Origin: an uncultured Spirochaetales bacterium
GTDB lineage: Bacteria; Spirochaetota; Spirochaetia; CAYRYS01
Direction: 5' to 3'
DNA: 64,000 nt
Assembly (NCBI GenBank): GCA_964428555.1
Contig: CAYRYS010000008.1
Span: forward strand, 2,377 to 66,376
Shown here: positions 10,359-19,059 of the stretch, one piece after another
Layout of the letters: each line of letters opens with the position of its first letter
Numbering within the stretch: position 1 is the first letter of the stretch
Program-made: the position numbers and the translations under genes
Notes under the pieces: generated by a model
What the model saw: the letters and a program-made list of their open reading frames with translations, nothing else
Database searches by the model: none
Told to the model about the DNA's origin: nothing

Positions 10359-10532
10359 TTAGCCTTTCTCCTGGAATAGCGGACAGGTATAGATAACAAG
10401 CTCTATCCGTTCTTTTTCCGGACCTTCGCAGTTATCTGCAGCCTTTAACAGGGCTTTTCTAATATGACAATTATTAAGGCGTTTGCAAATTGGGCAAGCG
10501 CCGTTTTCTCTCGGATTAAATTCTAGTTTCAT
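10359..10532 (-). CDS. Small Cys-rich protein (57 aa), hypothetical; first gene of the prfA operon
   Basis: Hand-translated: [57 protein letters not shown]. Its stop lies 6 nt upstream of the prfA ATG. It is below the 60-aa cutoff of the ORF track and has a weak ribosome-binding site. Confidence 0.4.
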   Translation of the reverse strand: MKLEFNPRENGACPICKRLNNCHIRKALLKAADNCEGPEKERIELVIYTCPLFQEKG

Positions 10533-10700
10533 GTATAAAGATTATCAAAAATACAGGTAATTATCAACTAGCTGTATAAGTAATTCAGATTCTCTGTTTA
10601 GGGGAATTGAACCTGCTCATCCCTTTTCATCCCCCTGAACCTTGCATAAAGATACTGCTTCATGGTAAACATATTGACAAGATTACATTGAGGGTTACTG

Positions 10701-11831
10701 ATGAAAAAAACGAAATTAAAAGGACTTATTGCGTACTTGAATATTGGTCATGGATTTAAGTCTCCTGCAGTTGCTTTTGAAAAAGCCTTTGCTGCAACAT
10801 CCGCAGAGGTAAAAAGTGTAGATCTATTTGCTGAAGCAGGCGCAAAAAAGGCTGATTCATTTTTAAAAAAGACCTGGCAATTCTGTCTGCGTCATCCATT
10901 CTGGTTTGAGATAATCTTTGCACTCAATGACAGTCCGCTTGTTCATTTTCTTCAAAGAAGACAGGGCAAGTCAATCAAGAAAAAACTGCTTGCTTATATT
11001 GATAAGGAAGATCCGGATTTTATTCTCTGTACCCATTTTACTGCGCTTGAGGCATTAACCACAGTGTTAAAAAAAGAGCGGCCGGATATAAAAATATTCG
11101 GATACAATTCCGATGTCATACTTTCCCACGAAGCATATGTAAACCTCGATGTCCTCCAGTACTATGTAGCAACAAAATCCGGATATGAAGAAATGATAAA
11201 TGGGAGAATGCCCAAAGAACTGGTAACACTTACCAGTTTCCCCCTTCATGATAAGTTCTACAAAGAATTCGGAACAATAAAGCAGGAGCGGGAAAAGCTT
11301 GGACTCAAAGATAAATTTACACTACTTCTCACTTTTGGCGGAGAGGGTATCGGACCAGTTGACCTCTTGATGAAAATCACAAAACTGAATCTTGGAATTC
11401 AGGTAGTTGCAGTGTGCGGAAGGAATGAAGCGTTAAAGAACGAACTTGAAAAGCTGAAAAAATCTTTTCCAGAATTCGACCTTGTGCCATTGGGATTTAT
11501 CACCAACATGCAGGATTATCTGTATACCTGCGATATTTCTGCGGGAAAATCCGGTCTGAACATGGTTTTTGAAAGTATTTACCTGCACAAACCGTTCCTT
11601 ACCTTAATGGCAATGGCAAACGAACGCTTTGCAGCGAAATTCGTTGTTGACCACGGGTACGGATGGTTTCCAAAAGATCAGAATCAAATTCTTGAAATAA
11701 TCGCTTCTGCTGCAAACGACCCGGAATACCTTAAGCCATACATTAAACAATTAGAAAACCATCCCTTTAAATTTAACTCAGCAGATACTGTTGCATCTGT
11801 TCTACAATTCATGGAGGAAGATCATGCATAA
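10701..11831 (+). CDS. MGDG-synthase-like glycosyltransferase (GT28, MurG/UgtP-like lipid glycosyltransferase)
   Basis: N-terminal MGDG_synth-like region and C-terminal GT28 motifs (LLTFGGEGIG, VVAVCGRNE, SAGKSGLNMVFES). Confidence 0.55.
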   Translation: MKKTKLKGLIAYLNIGHGFKSPAVAFEKAFAATSAEVKSVDLFAEAGAKKADSFLKKTWQFCLRHPFWFEIIFALNDSPLVHFLQRRQGKSIKKKLLAYIDKEDPDFILCTHFTALEALTTVLKKERPDIKIFGYNSDVILSHEAYVNLDVLQYYVATKSGYEEMINGRMPKELVTLTSFPLHDKFYKEFGTIKQEREKLGLKDKFTLLLTFGGEGIGPVDLLMKITKLNLGIQVVAVCGRNEALKNELEKLKKSFPEFDLVPLGFITNMQDYLYTCDISAGKSGLNMVFESIYLHKPFLTLMAMANERFAAKFVVDHGYGWFPKDQNQILEIIASAANDPEYLKPYIKQLENHPFKFNSADTVASVLQFMEEDHA

Positions 11832-12606
11832 TGCATTTGAAAACACAAAAGCACTTTATTTCGATTTAGCAGGTACACTCTGCGATATTCCAATTGGAAA
11901 TATTTGGGATGATATTAATCTGAAAGGTATTGAAAAGGTATTCGAGGAACTAGGGTTTTTCACAGCGTTTACAACAGAAGAAATTCAGGCATACAAAAAA
12001 GAGTTCGTTGCACAAAAAGCGATTTTACGGAAAAAAGCCAAAACAGACCTGTACGAATATGAGATAAAACAGCAGATTTCTGACTTTTTATTCAAAATTA
12101 AATCCGATGACACAAAGCTGCAGAAGCACCTTTCACAGTTCACCTTTAATGATGAGCTTCTTCTTCGGCTTGAACATCTTTTTATCAGCACAGAGCTTGG
12201 CATTACTGTAAGCTTTCCGGAATCCAGGGAAGTCTTAGAAGCGCTTAATGAAAAATGGGAAATGCATCTTCTCTCCAATAATGCATCCAGGATGCTTGTT
12301 GATGAAATTGTAGAAAAGCTGGACTTCGGCCACCTTTTTGAAAAGACATTTGTTTCTGCTGATATCGGATACCGGAAACCCCATGAAAACTTTATCCGTG
12401 CTGTAGTAGAACAGACGAATCACAAGCCAGAAGAATGTGTAATGATTGGAGACAGGCTCACCCAGGACATTCAGATGGCACACGATTTTGGAATGAAAGC
12501 AATTCATGCAGCGATGGTGGAACATGCTGATAACACAGGTGCCGGAGAAATTCCCTACGATGCTCAAATCCGGAACCTACAGGAACTAAAGGAACTCCTG
12601 TTATAA
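11824..12606 (+). CDS. HAD-superfamily hydrolase
   Basis: Motif I YFDLAGTL and motif IV MIGDRLTQDI. Start ATG at 11824 overlaps the upstream stop (ATGCATAATG), suggesting translational coupling. Confidence 0.55.
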   Translation: MHNAFENTKALYFDLAGTLCDIPIGNIWDDINLKGIEKVFEELGFFTAFTTEEIQAYKKEFVAQKAILRKKAKTDLYEYEIKQQISDFLFKIKSDDTKLQKHLSQFTFNDELLLRLEHLFISTELGITVSFPESREVLEALNEKWEMHLLSNNASRMLVDEIVEKLDFGHLFEKTFVSADIGYRKPHENFIRAVVEQTNHKPEECVMIGDRLTQDIQMAHDFGMKAIHAAMVEHADNTGAGEIPYDAQIRNLQELKELLL

Positions 12607-12625
12607 CAGGCAGCTTCTTAACACC

Positions 12626-13111
12626 ATGAGTATTGCGATAGTATTAGTAGAACCTGAAATTCCGCAGAACACCGGCAACATTGCACGTACCTGTGCTGCA
12701 GTAGGCGCTTCTCTGCACCTTGTAAAACCCCTCGGATTTTCCGTCTCTGACAAGCATGTTAGGCGGGCAGGTCTTGACTATTGGAACCTGGTAGATGTCC
12801 ATGTCCATGAAAACCTGCACGCAGTACAGAGGGCACTCTCTGACCGAAAGTGGGTGCTTGTAACAAAAAAAGCAAAAACCTCTTATACAGATATTGAATA
12901 TAACAAAGATGTCTGCTTATTCTTCGGAAAAGAAACAGCAGGTCTTCCTGAATCTTTTCTTTCTTCCTACCCTGAAAGCTGTGTCCGCATTCCCATGGTT
13001 CCTGATGCGAGATCATTAAACCTCTCGAATGCTGCTGCGGTTCTCGTGTATGAAGCCCTAAGGCAGCAAAACTTTCCCGGACTTTCTATTCCATACCCAG
13101 ACATTTTATAA
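12626..13111 (+). CDS. trmL: tRNA 2'-O-ribose methyltransferase TrmL (SpoU/TrmH family)
   Basis: MSIAIVLVEPEIPQNTGNIARTCAAVGASLHLVKPLGF is a typical TrmL N-terminus. 161 aa. Confidence 0.8.
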   Translation: MSIAIVLVEPEIPQNTGNIARTCAAVGASLHLVKPLGFSVSDKHVRRAGLDYWNLVDVHVHENLHAVQRALSDRKWVLVTKKAKTSYTDIEYNKDVCLFFGKETAGLPESFLSSYPESCVRIPMVPDARSLNLSNAAAVLVYEALRQQNFPGLSIPYPDIL

Positions 13112-13156
13112 CTGTGCTCTTGATATTACCCCGGTTTTTTCGGTAATATCTAGGCT

Positions 13157-14434
13157 ATGTTAGACTTACGCTATATAAAAGAAAACCTAGATGCTGTAAA
13201 AGCAAATATCGAAAACCGCTTCATGGATGCTGATCCCGAAAAAGCTGCTGCTCTGTACGACCGAAGAAAAGAGCTTATTCAAAAAGCAGAAGAAAAGCGG
13301 AGAGAGCGAAATGAGAACGCGAAATCTATGAAAGGCAAAATGCCCCAAGAGGAGAGACAGAAATTTATTACCAGGGGCAAAGAGCTGAAAGAAGAAATCG
13401 CGGTTATTGAAGAAGAGTTGAGCACTGTAGAAACAGACCTGTACGCGGAGGCAAAGCGAATCCCCAACATGGCGCATCCGGATGCTCCAGTGGGGAAAGA
13501 GGAGAAAAACAATCTCCAACTCCGTACAGTTGGTACAATACCGGAGTTTTCCTTCCCTGCAAAAGACCATGTTGAGCTTGGAACATCCTTAGATGTCATA
13601 GACTTTGAAACCGCAACAAAGGTATCAGGAACAAAATTCTACTATCTGAAAAACGAGGGTGCTTTACTCGAGATGGCGCTTGCCCGCTTTGCGATGGATA
13701 TACTGCAGAAACGCTTGTTTACCCTTACAATCACTCCGGACATTGCAAAAGAAGAAATTGCCGAAGGAATCGGGTTTAACCCGCGGGGGGAAGAAAGCAA
13801 TATCTATTCACTTGAAGGAACAGGTACCTGCTTAGTCGGAACCGCGGAAATAACCCTTGGCGGGTATTATGCTGATCAAGTATTGGAAGAAGAGAACCTA
13901 CCGATCCGGATAGCCGGCTTTTCCCATTGTTTTAGACGGGAAGCAGGAGCTGCAGGACAGTTTTCTAAAGGCTTGTACCGTGTACATCAATTCAGTAAAG
14001 TTGAAATGTTCATCCTTTGTAAACCGGAAGACTCTGAAAAGATGCACCAGGAAATGCTGGACATAGAGGAAGAAATTTTCACAAAGCTGGATATTCCCTA
14101 TCGGGTTGTGGATACATGTACCGGTGACCTCGGCGCTCCTGCATACCGTAAGTACGACCTTGAGGCATGGATGCCTGGAAGAGGAGAAACAGGAGACTGG
14201 GGCGAAGTTACCAGTACATCTAACTGCACAGATTATCAGGCCCGAAGGCTTAACATACGCTACAAAGGGAATGAGAAATCCGAGCATGTCCATATGCTTA
14301 ATGGTACTGCAGTAGCAGTTTCGCGTGCATTTGTGGCTATTTTAGAAAACTTTCAAAACCAGGACGGTTCTGTGAGCATTCCGAAAAACCTTCAACCTTA
14401 TACAGGGTTTGCGGAAATTCGGTCAAAGGAATAA
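13157..14434 (+). CDS. serS: Seryl-tRNA synthetase
   Basis: Class II aaRS motifs and a long N-terminal coiled coil. 425 aa. Matches FRREAGAAG and GNEKSEHVHMLNGTA. Confidence 0.95.
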   Translation: MLDLRYIKENLDAVKANIENRFMDADPEKAAALYDRRKELIQKAEEKRRERNENAKSMKGKMPQEERQKFITRGKELKEEIAVIEEELSTVETDLYAEAKRIPNMAHPDAPVGKEEKNNLQLRTVGTIPEFSFPAKDHVELGTSLDVIDFETATKVSGTKFYYLKNEGALLEMALARFAMDILQKRLFTLTITPDIAKEEIAEGIGFNPRGEESNIYSLEGTGTCLVGTAEITLGGYYADQVLEEENLPIRIAGFSHCFRREAGAAGQFSKGLYRVHQFSKVEMFILCKPEDSEKMHQEMLDIEEEIFTKLDIPYRVVDTCTGDLGAPAYRKYDLEAWMPGRGETGDWGEVTSTSNCTDYQARRLNIRYKGNEKSEHVHMLNGTAVAVSRAFVAILENFQNQDGSVSIPKNLQPYTGFAEIRSKE

Positions 14435-14474
14435 CAAAAAAGCTGCCGGTCCCACAGGGAAAGGCAGCTTTTTA
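14435..14474. terminator. Bidirectional rho-independent terminator between serS (+) and a small minus-strand gene
   Basis: aaaaaagctgcc-ggtcccacagggaaa-ggcagctttttt: a GC-rich 7-bp stem flanked by an A-run and a T-run. Confidence 0.6.
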
Positions 14475-14487
14475 ATTTACACTCATC

Positions 14488-14700
14488 TTAATCGCAAATC
14501 TCCATAAGAGTATCACGATACACATCTTTATATTCTGAAAACTCAAATGAATCTTTTTCTTTCATCGTATCCCGTATCTTATTCTCAAACTCACGATAGC
14601 AGGGAATACAAAGTTTCTTTGTCAGAATATCCTGATAATTTTGCTCCCTTACTGCATCATGAACAACCTTCTTACATTTGTCACAAACAATGTTGATCAT
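14488..14700 (-). CDS. Small zinc-ribbon protein (70 aa), hypothetical
   Basis: CDKC...CIPC pair of CxxC motifs. Confidence 0.4.
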   Translation of the reverse strand: MINIVCDKCKKVVHDAVREQNYQDILTKKLCIPCYREFENKIRDTMKEKDSFEFSEYKDVYRDTLMEICD

Positions 14701-14828
14701 GTCCTGCTCCTTTCATACTGTATTCATCAAAAAAAAACATGTATCCCAATCTATGTCATACATTGCCTTTTGGTTATAGATTACTGGAATTCGGTATGCT
14801 TGTCGAGTCTTTTTTCTACCGCAGTTAT

Positions 14829-14858
14829 TTTGTCAGTTTAACAGCATATAGTATATTA
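14829..14858 (+). promoter_or_regulatory. Putative sigma70-type promoter for pncA-pncB
   Basis: TTGTCA (14829..14834), a 17-nt spacer, then TATATT (14852..14857). AAGGAGG ribosome-binding site at 14864..14870; ATG at 14876. Confidence 0.35.
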
Positions 14859-14875
14859 AAGATAAGGAGGTACTT

Positions 14876-15499
14876 ATGAATAACTCAGCACTTGTAGTAG
14901 TAGATATGCAGAATGATTTTTGCCCTGGAGGAAACCTTGCAGTTGAAGACGGGGACAAGGTAGTACCAGTAATCAATAAAGTAATCCCCTACTTTCAGCT
15001 AATTGTCTTTACCCAGGATTGGCACCCAAAGGACCACGTTTCTTTTGCATCCATGCATGAGAACGCTGAAGTTAACGATATTATCACGATTGATAATATT
15101 GAACAGGTGATGTGGCCGGATCATTGTGTACAGAACACAAAAGGAGCAGAATTTCATCCTGACCTAAATACAAAACCAGCCCATGCTTTTATCAGAAAAG
15201 GCTTCCGCAAAGGGCTTGACAGCTATTCAGCATTTTTTGAAAACGATAAAAAAACTCCAACCGGTTTACGGGGATACCTGAAAGAGCTAGGAACTCAGAA
15301 CGTCTATGTCGCAGGATTAGCTACAGATTACTGCGTACATTTTACTGCAATGGACGCAATATCCCAAGGATTCACCACCTATATTATTGAAGAGGCTGTA
15401 CGGGGAGTTGATTTTCCCAAAGGAAATATAGAGAAAACCTTGGATAAATTTAAACAAGCCGGGGGAAAGCTGATCAGTGAAAGGGACATTACCTCATGA
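14876..15499 (+). CDS. pncA: Nicotinamidase / isochorismatase-family cysteine hydrolase
   Basis: VVVDMQNDF start, catalytic Cys context ATDYCVHFTA. Sits directly upstream of pncB with overlapping stop and start. Confidence 0.75.
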   Translation: MNNSALVVVDMQNDFCPGGNLAVEDGDKVVPVINKVIPYFQLIVFTQDWHPKDHVSFASMHENAEVNDIITIDNIEQVMWPDHCVQNTKGAEFHPDLNTKPAHAFIRKGFRKGLDSYSAFFENDKKTPTGLRGYLKELGTQNVYVAGLATDYCVHFTAMDAISQGFTTYIIEEAVRGVDFPKGNIEKTLDKFKQAGGKLISERDITS

Positions 15500-16917
15500 T
15501 ATCCGGATTATGGACTGACTTATATGAACTAACAATGATGCAGGGGTATTTTTACAATGACCATAATCCAGAGGTTGTTTTTGACTTCTTTTATCGGAAA
15601 CAGCCCTTTGACTCAGGCTACTCAGTATTCGCAGGACTTGAGGATCTGTTAAGAACTCTGAAGGAAATTCAGTTTTCAGAAGAGGACATTCAGTATTTAC
15701 AGGACCATGGTCTTTTTCATAAGGAATTTCTTGACTACCTCAAGGCTTTTAGATTTACAGGCACAGTGAATGCAATGCCTGAGGGCACGATTATTTTTCC
15801 GAATGAGCCGGTTGTGCAGATAAAGGCACCGCTTATCGAAGCCCAGCTTATTGAAAGCATTCTTCTAAACACCCTGAATTTTCAGACATTGATTGCAACA
15901 AAAGCTGCACGTATCTACCTTGCTTCTGGGCAGGGTAAGGTCCTTGAATTCGGACTGCGGAGGGCACAGGGACAAGACGGCGCCCTATCAGCAACCCGTG
16001 CTGCATATATCGGCGGGTGCGTGGCAACATCCAATACATATGCAGGGAAAAAGCTCGGGATTCCTGCAAAAGGAACAATGGCCCACTCCTGGATTATGTC
16101 TTTTGATACTGAAGAAGAGGCGTTTATGGCGTATGCCAAGCTCTACCCTTCATCCAGTATCTTTTTGATCGATACCTACCAGACCCTTGGGTCAGGAATT
16201 GAAAACGCGATAACTGCTGGCAAATACTTGAAAGAAAAAGGTGAGTCTTTCGGAGTACGCCTGGATTCTGGAGACCTAGAATACCTTTCCAGTTCAGTGA
16301 GAAAACGCCTGGATGAAGCAGGTTTTCCTGATGCTAAAATTGCAGTGAGCAATGAACTAAACGAGGAGATTGTTCATCAGCTGGTTACATCCGGAGCACC
16401 TATTGATGTATGGGGAGTCGGCACACATATGGTAACAGGCGGAAGCGACAGCGCTCTTACCGGAGTATATAAACTTGCAGCAATAAAGAAAAAGGGCGCA
16501 ATGGAGCCGGTTATTAAAATATCAAACCAGCCCTCTAAGACCACAAACCCCGGAGATAAGCGGGTTTTCCGGTTCTTTGATAAATCCGGTTCACCATTGG
16601 CAGATCTATTATGCCTTGCAGATGAAAAGCCCCCTACTCACGGCGCTATTACTTTGCATCATCCGGCATATGAACATTCCAAATATACAATGAAAGGTTA
16701 CAGTTCTGTAAAGCCTATGCTTGAACAAGTTATGAAAGATGGTAAAATAACTGCAGATTTACCAACACTTAAGGATATTCGGGAATACGCAGTATCCGGA
16801 CTTAAAGCGCTCAACTGTACATATGCGCGGTTACTTAATCCGCATATTTATAAAGTCTCCTTATCCGGAGCGCTCCAGGAGGAGAAGTTCAGCATGATGG
16901 AAGAATATTCCCCATAA
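15496..16917 (+). CDS. pncB: Nicotinate phosphoribosyltransferase
   Basis: WTDLYELTMMQGYF N-terminus and the 473-aa NAPRTase family architecture. Confidence 0.85.
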   Translation: MISGLWTDLYELTMMQGYFYNDHNPEVVFDFFYRKQPFDSGYSVFAGLEDLLRTLKEIQFSEEDIQYLQDHGLFHKEFLDYLKAFRFTGTVNAMPEGTIIFPNEPVVQIKAPLIEAQLIESILLNTLNFQTLIATKAARIYLASGQGKVLEFGLRRAQGQDGALSATRAAYIGGCVATSNTYAGKKLGIPAKGTMAHSWIMSFDTEEEAFMAYAKLYPSSSIFLIDTYQTLGSGIENAITAGKYLKEKGESFGVRLDSGDLEYLSSSVRKRLDEAGFPDAKIAVSNELNEEIVHQLVTSGAPIDVWGVGTHMVTGGSDSALTGVYKLAAIKKKGAMEPVIKISNQPSKTTNPGDKRVFRFFDKSGSPLADLLCLADEKPPTHGAITLHHPAYEHSKYTMKGYSSVKPMLEQVMKDGKITADLPTLKDIREYAVSGLKALNCTYARLLNPHIYKVSLSGALQEEKFSMMEEYSP

Positions 16918-16932
16918 CCGTGAAAGGCTTAT

Positions 16933-18033
16933 ATGAACTCGAATTTCTATCAACATATCTCACGAAATAACAGCTGTTACATTATTGCAGAAGCAGGTAC
17001 AAGCCATAATGGTAACATTAAAGAGGCGCAAAAACTTATTGATACTGCACAGCAGGCAGGTGCAGACTGTGTGAAATTCCAGATTGTCTATGCTGATGAG
17101 ATTATCCATCAGAACACCGGCTTGGTAGACCTGCCTGGAGGAAAAGTTTCCTTATACCAGGTATTTAAAAACTTAGAACAGCAGCCTGAGTTTTTTGCAG
17201 AATGTAAAAACTATGCTGAAAGCAAAGGAGTCGACTTTCTTGCCTCAGTATTCGGAAAAAAAAGTTTATCCGAGTACCTTTCGTTAAAGCCGGATGCAGT
17301 GAAGATTGCATCTCCGGAGCTAAACCATATTCCCCTTCTAAAGGATATCAGCTCAGCGAACCTTCCTGTGATTGTTTCAACAGGAGTTTCGAAGTTAAAG
17401 GATATTGATGAAGCGGTTGCTCTGCTTCCTGAAGAAACCGTGCTGCTCCATTGTATTACCAGCTACCCTGCACCTGAGGAGGAATACAATCTGCGGCTCA
17501 TTGCATCGCTTGGCTCTATTTTCGGACTTCCTGTCGGTATTTCCGACCACTCAAAAGACCCCCTGCTTGTACCTGCAGTAAGCACACTCCTTGGAAGCTG
17601 TATCCTTGAAAAACATATAACACTTTCCCATGCAGGAGCAGGACTGGATGATCCAATTGCCTTGCAGCCGGAGGATTTCCGGAGAATGACTGAAGCAGTA
17701 AGAAAAATCCAATCCATGCCGTATAATGATGCTATTGATTATATAACCCAGTTTTATGAAAGAAAGAGAATAGAAAACGTGCTTGGAGACGGGGTAAAAA
17801 GGCTTGCAAAATCTGAGGCTGAAAACTACGGGTTAACAAACCGCTCAATTCACGCAAAGAAGGAGATACACCAAGGAGAAGTACTCTCAGAAGAGAATAT
17901 CGCTATACTCCGTACTGAAAAGCAACTTCTCCCTGGGCTGCATCCCCGGTATTACAGCAGAATACTTGGCTCTCACGCAAAAACTTTTATTTCCTCTGGA
18001 CAGGGAATCCAATGGAAAGATATAATTAGTTAA
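16933..18033 (+). CDS. N-acetylneuraminate synthase family protein (NeuB/PseI/LegI-like; NeuB plus SAF domain)
   Basis: CYIIAEAGTSHNGNIKEAQKLIDTAQQAGADCVKFQ is a typical NeuB N-terminus. 366 aa. Confidence 0.7.
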   Translation: MNSNFYQHISRNNSCYIIAEAGTSHNGNIKEAQKLIDTAQQAGADCVKFQIVYADEIIHQNTGLVDLPGGKVSLYQVFKNLEQQPEFFAECKNYAESKGVDFLASVFGKKSLSEYLSLKPDAVKIASPELNHIPLLKDISSANLPVIVSTGVSKLKDIDEAVALLPEETVLLHCITSYPAPEEEYNLRLIASLGSIFGLPVGISDHSKDPLLVPAVSTLLGSCILEKHITLSHAGAGLDDPIALQPEDFRRMTEAVRKIQSMPYNDAIDYITQFYERKRIENVLGDGVKRLAKSEAENYGLTNRSIHAKKEIHQGEVLSEENIAILRTEKQLLPGLHPRYYSRILGSHAKTFISSGQGIQWKDIIS

Positions 18034-18039
18034 AATTCC

Positions 18040-18900
18040 TTGCTTTCGCGCTGGAAAATGGTTTATGCTCTATTTAAACACTATAAACGAGTAAACAGGA
18101 TTACAATGGCAAAGTCTATTATCCAGGAATATATTGAACGGTATTCTGAAAAAGCAATCGCTTTTAATAATTATGCAATCAAAAAAACCGGACTTATACA
18201 GAATCAAACCGTTATAAAGCTAGAAGATTATATGCTCATCGGTGCACCGTATCAGCTATCTATGAAGCGGGCCATAATGCTTGTAATTCTCAGTAAAGAA
18301 GAATCAGCATTTTTCAAGCGTTTTCAGGGAAAAATGTGTTCTTTAAGCATTGTTTTTCAGCCTGGAGACAGACCCCAGCCAATTAAATTTTTTATCCGTG
18401 CAACCCTTGGGAAGGTAGGTCCGGTAAAGGGCAGAGATAATGTCAGCCTATTTGAACTGCAACTGAAGAATACACCAAACGAGCTCATTGAAATTATCGG
18501 AAAACACCTTGGGTTTATGGATGCACTCGAGTCACAGTACGAATCTCTTCAGGGAAAGGAAGTTCCCATAACCCCGGAAACTATGAAGATACTTAGGTAT
18601 AACACATTCATGGAAGCAGTTTTTTCAAAGAAAAAAGTGATGCCTACCTTAAAGTCTATTGCAGTAAATGAAATAACCCTTGGATTTGATCCTCAGAAAG
18701 CATATCCTGCAGAGGGAGACCAGATAAATCTGAAACTGTATTTTCAAAGTTATCAGTTCAGTGTAAACGGCAAAGTAACTGAACGTAAACAGAATAGTCA
18801 TAACCAGGTGCTTATTAAGGTTGCAGTGGGTTTCACCCCTGAGCTTGTTGAAATAATAGATGACTACCTTTTTCGTGCACGCCTTAGGGAGAGGAAATAG
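18040..18900 (+). CDS. Hypothetical protein with two beta-rich halves (possible PilZ-like c-di-GMP receptor). Alternative start at 18106 (MAKSII...).
   Basis: No canonical RxxxR / DxSxxG motifs were found; the family assignment is weak. Confidence 0.3.
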   Translation: MLSRWKMVYALFKHYKRVNRITMAKSIIQEYIERYSEKAIAFNNYAIKKTGLIQNQTVIKLEDYMLIGAPYQLSMKRAIMLVILSKEESAFFKRFQGKMCSLSIVFQPGDRPQPIKFFIRATLGKVGPVKGRDNVSLFELQLKNTPNELIEIIGKHLGFMDALESQYESLQGKEVPITPETMKILRYNTFMEAVFSKKKVMPTLKSIAVNEITLGFDPQKAYPAEGDQINLKLYFQSYQFSVNGKVTERKQNSHNQVLIKVAVGFTPELVEIIDDYLFRARLRERK

Positions 18901-19059
18901 GACCTGATAGGCATTCTTTTTTTTTTTGATTATAATCCCTGCTGCAACGGGCTTACCTTTCCTATTGCTGCTGCCGGGGTTGACTTTTTTACAAAACATT
19001 ACTATATCTAGTTCACAACACTTCAAAAAAGAAGAACCCAATCTACAGGCAGGTCAATT

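Noticed and set aside
10673-10700. TTGACA hexamer just upstream of the glycosyltransferase start, as a promoter
   Set aside because: No acceptable -10 element at correct spacing before the ATG at 10701. The true promoter is likely further upstream.
18901-18927. Run of 11 T residues after the 18040..18900 gene, as a possible terminator
   Set aside because: The preceding sequence (ggacctgataggcattc) is not self-complementary, so no hairpin is formed. It is probably a simple poly-T tract in an intergenic region.
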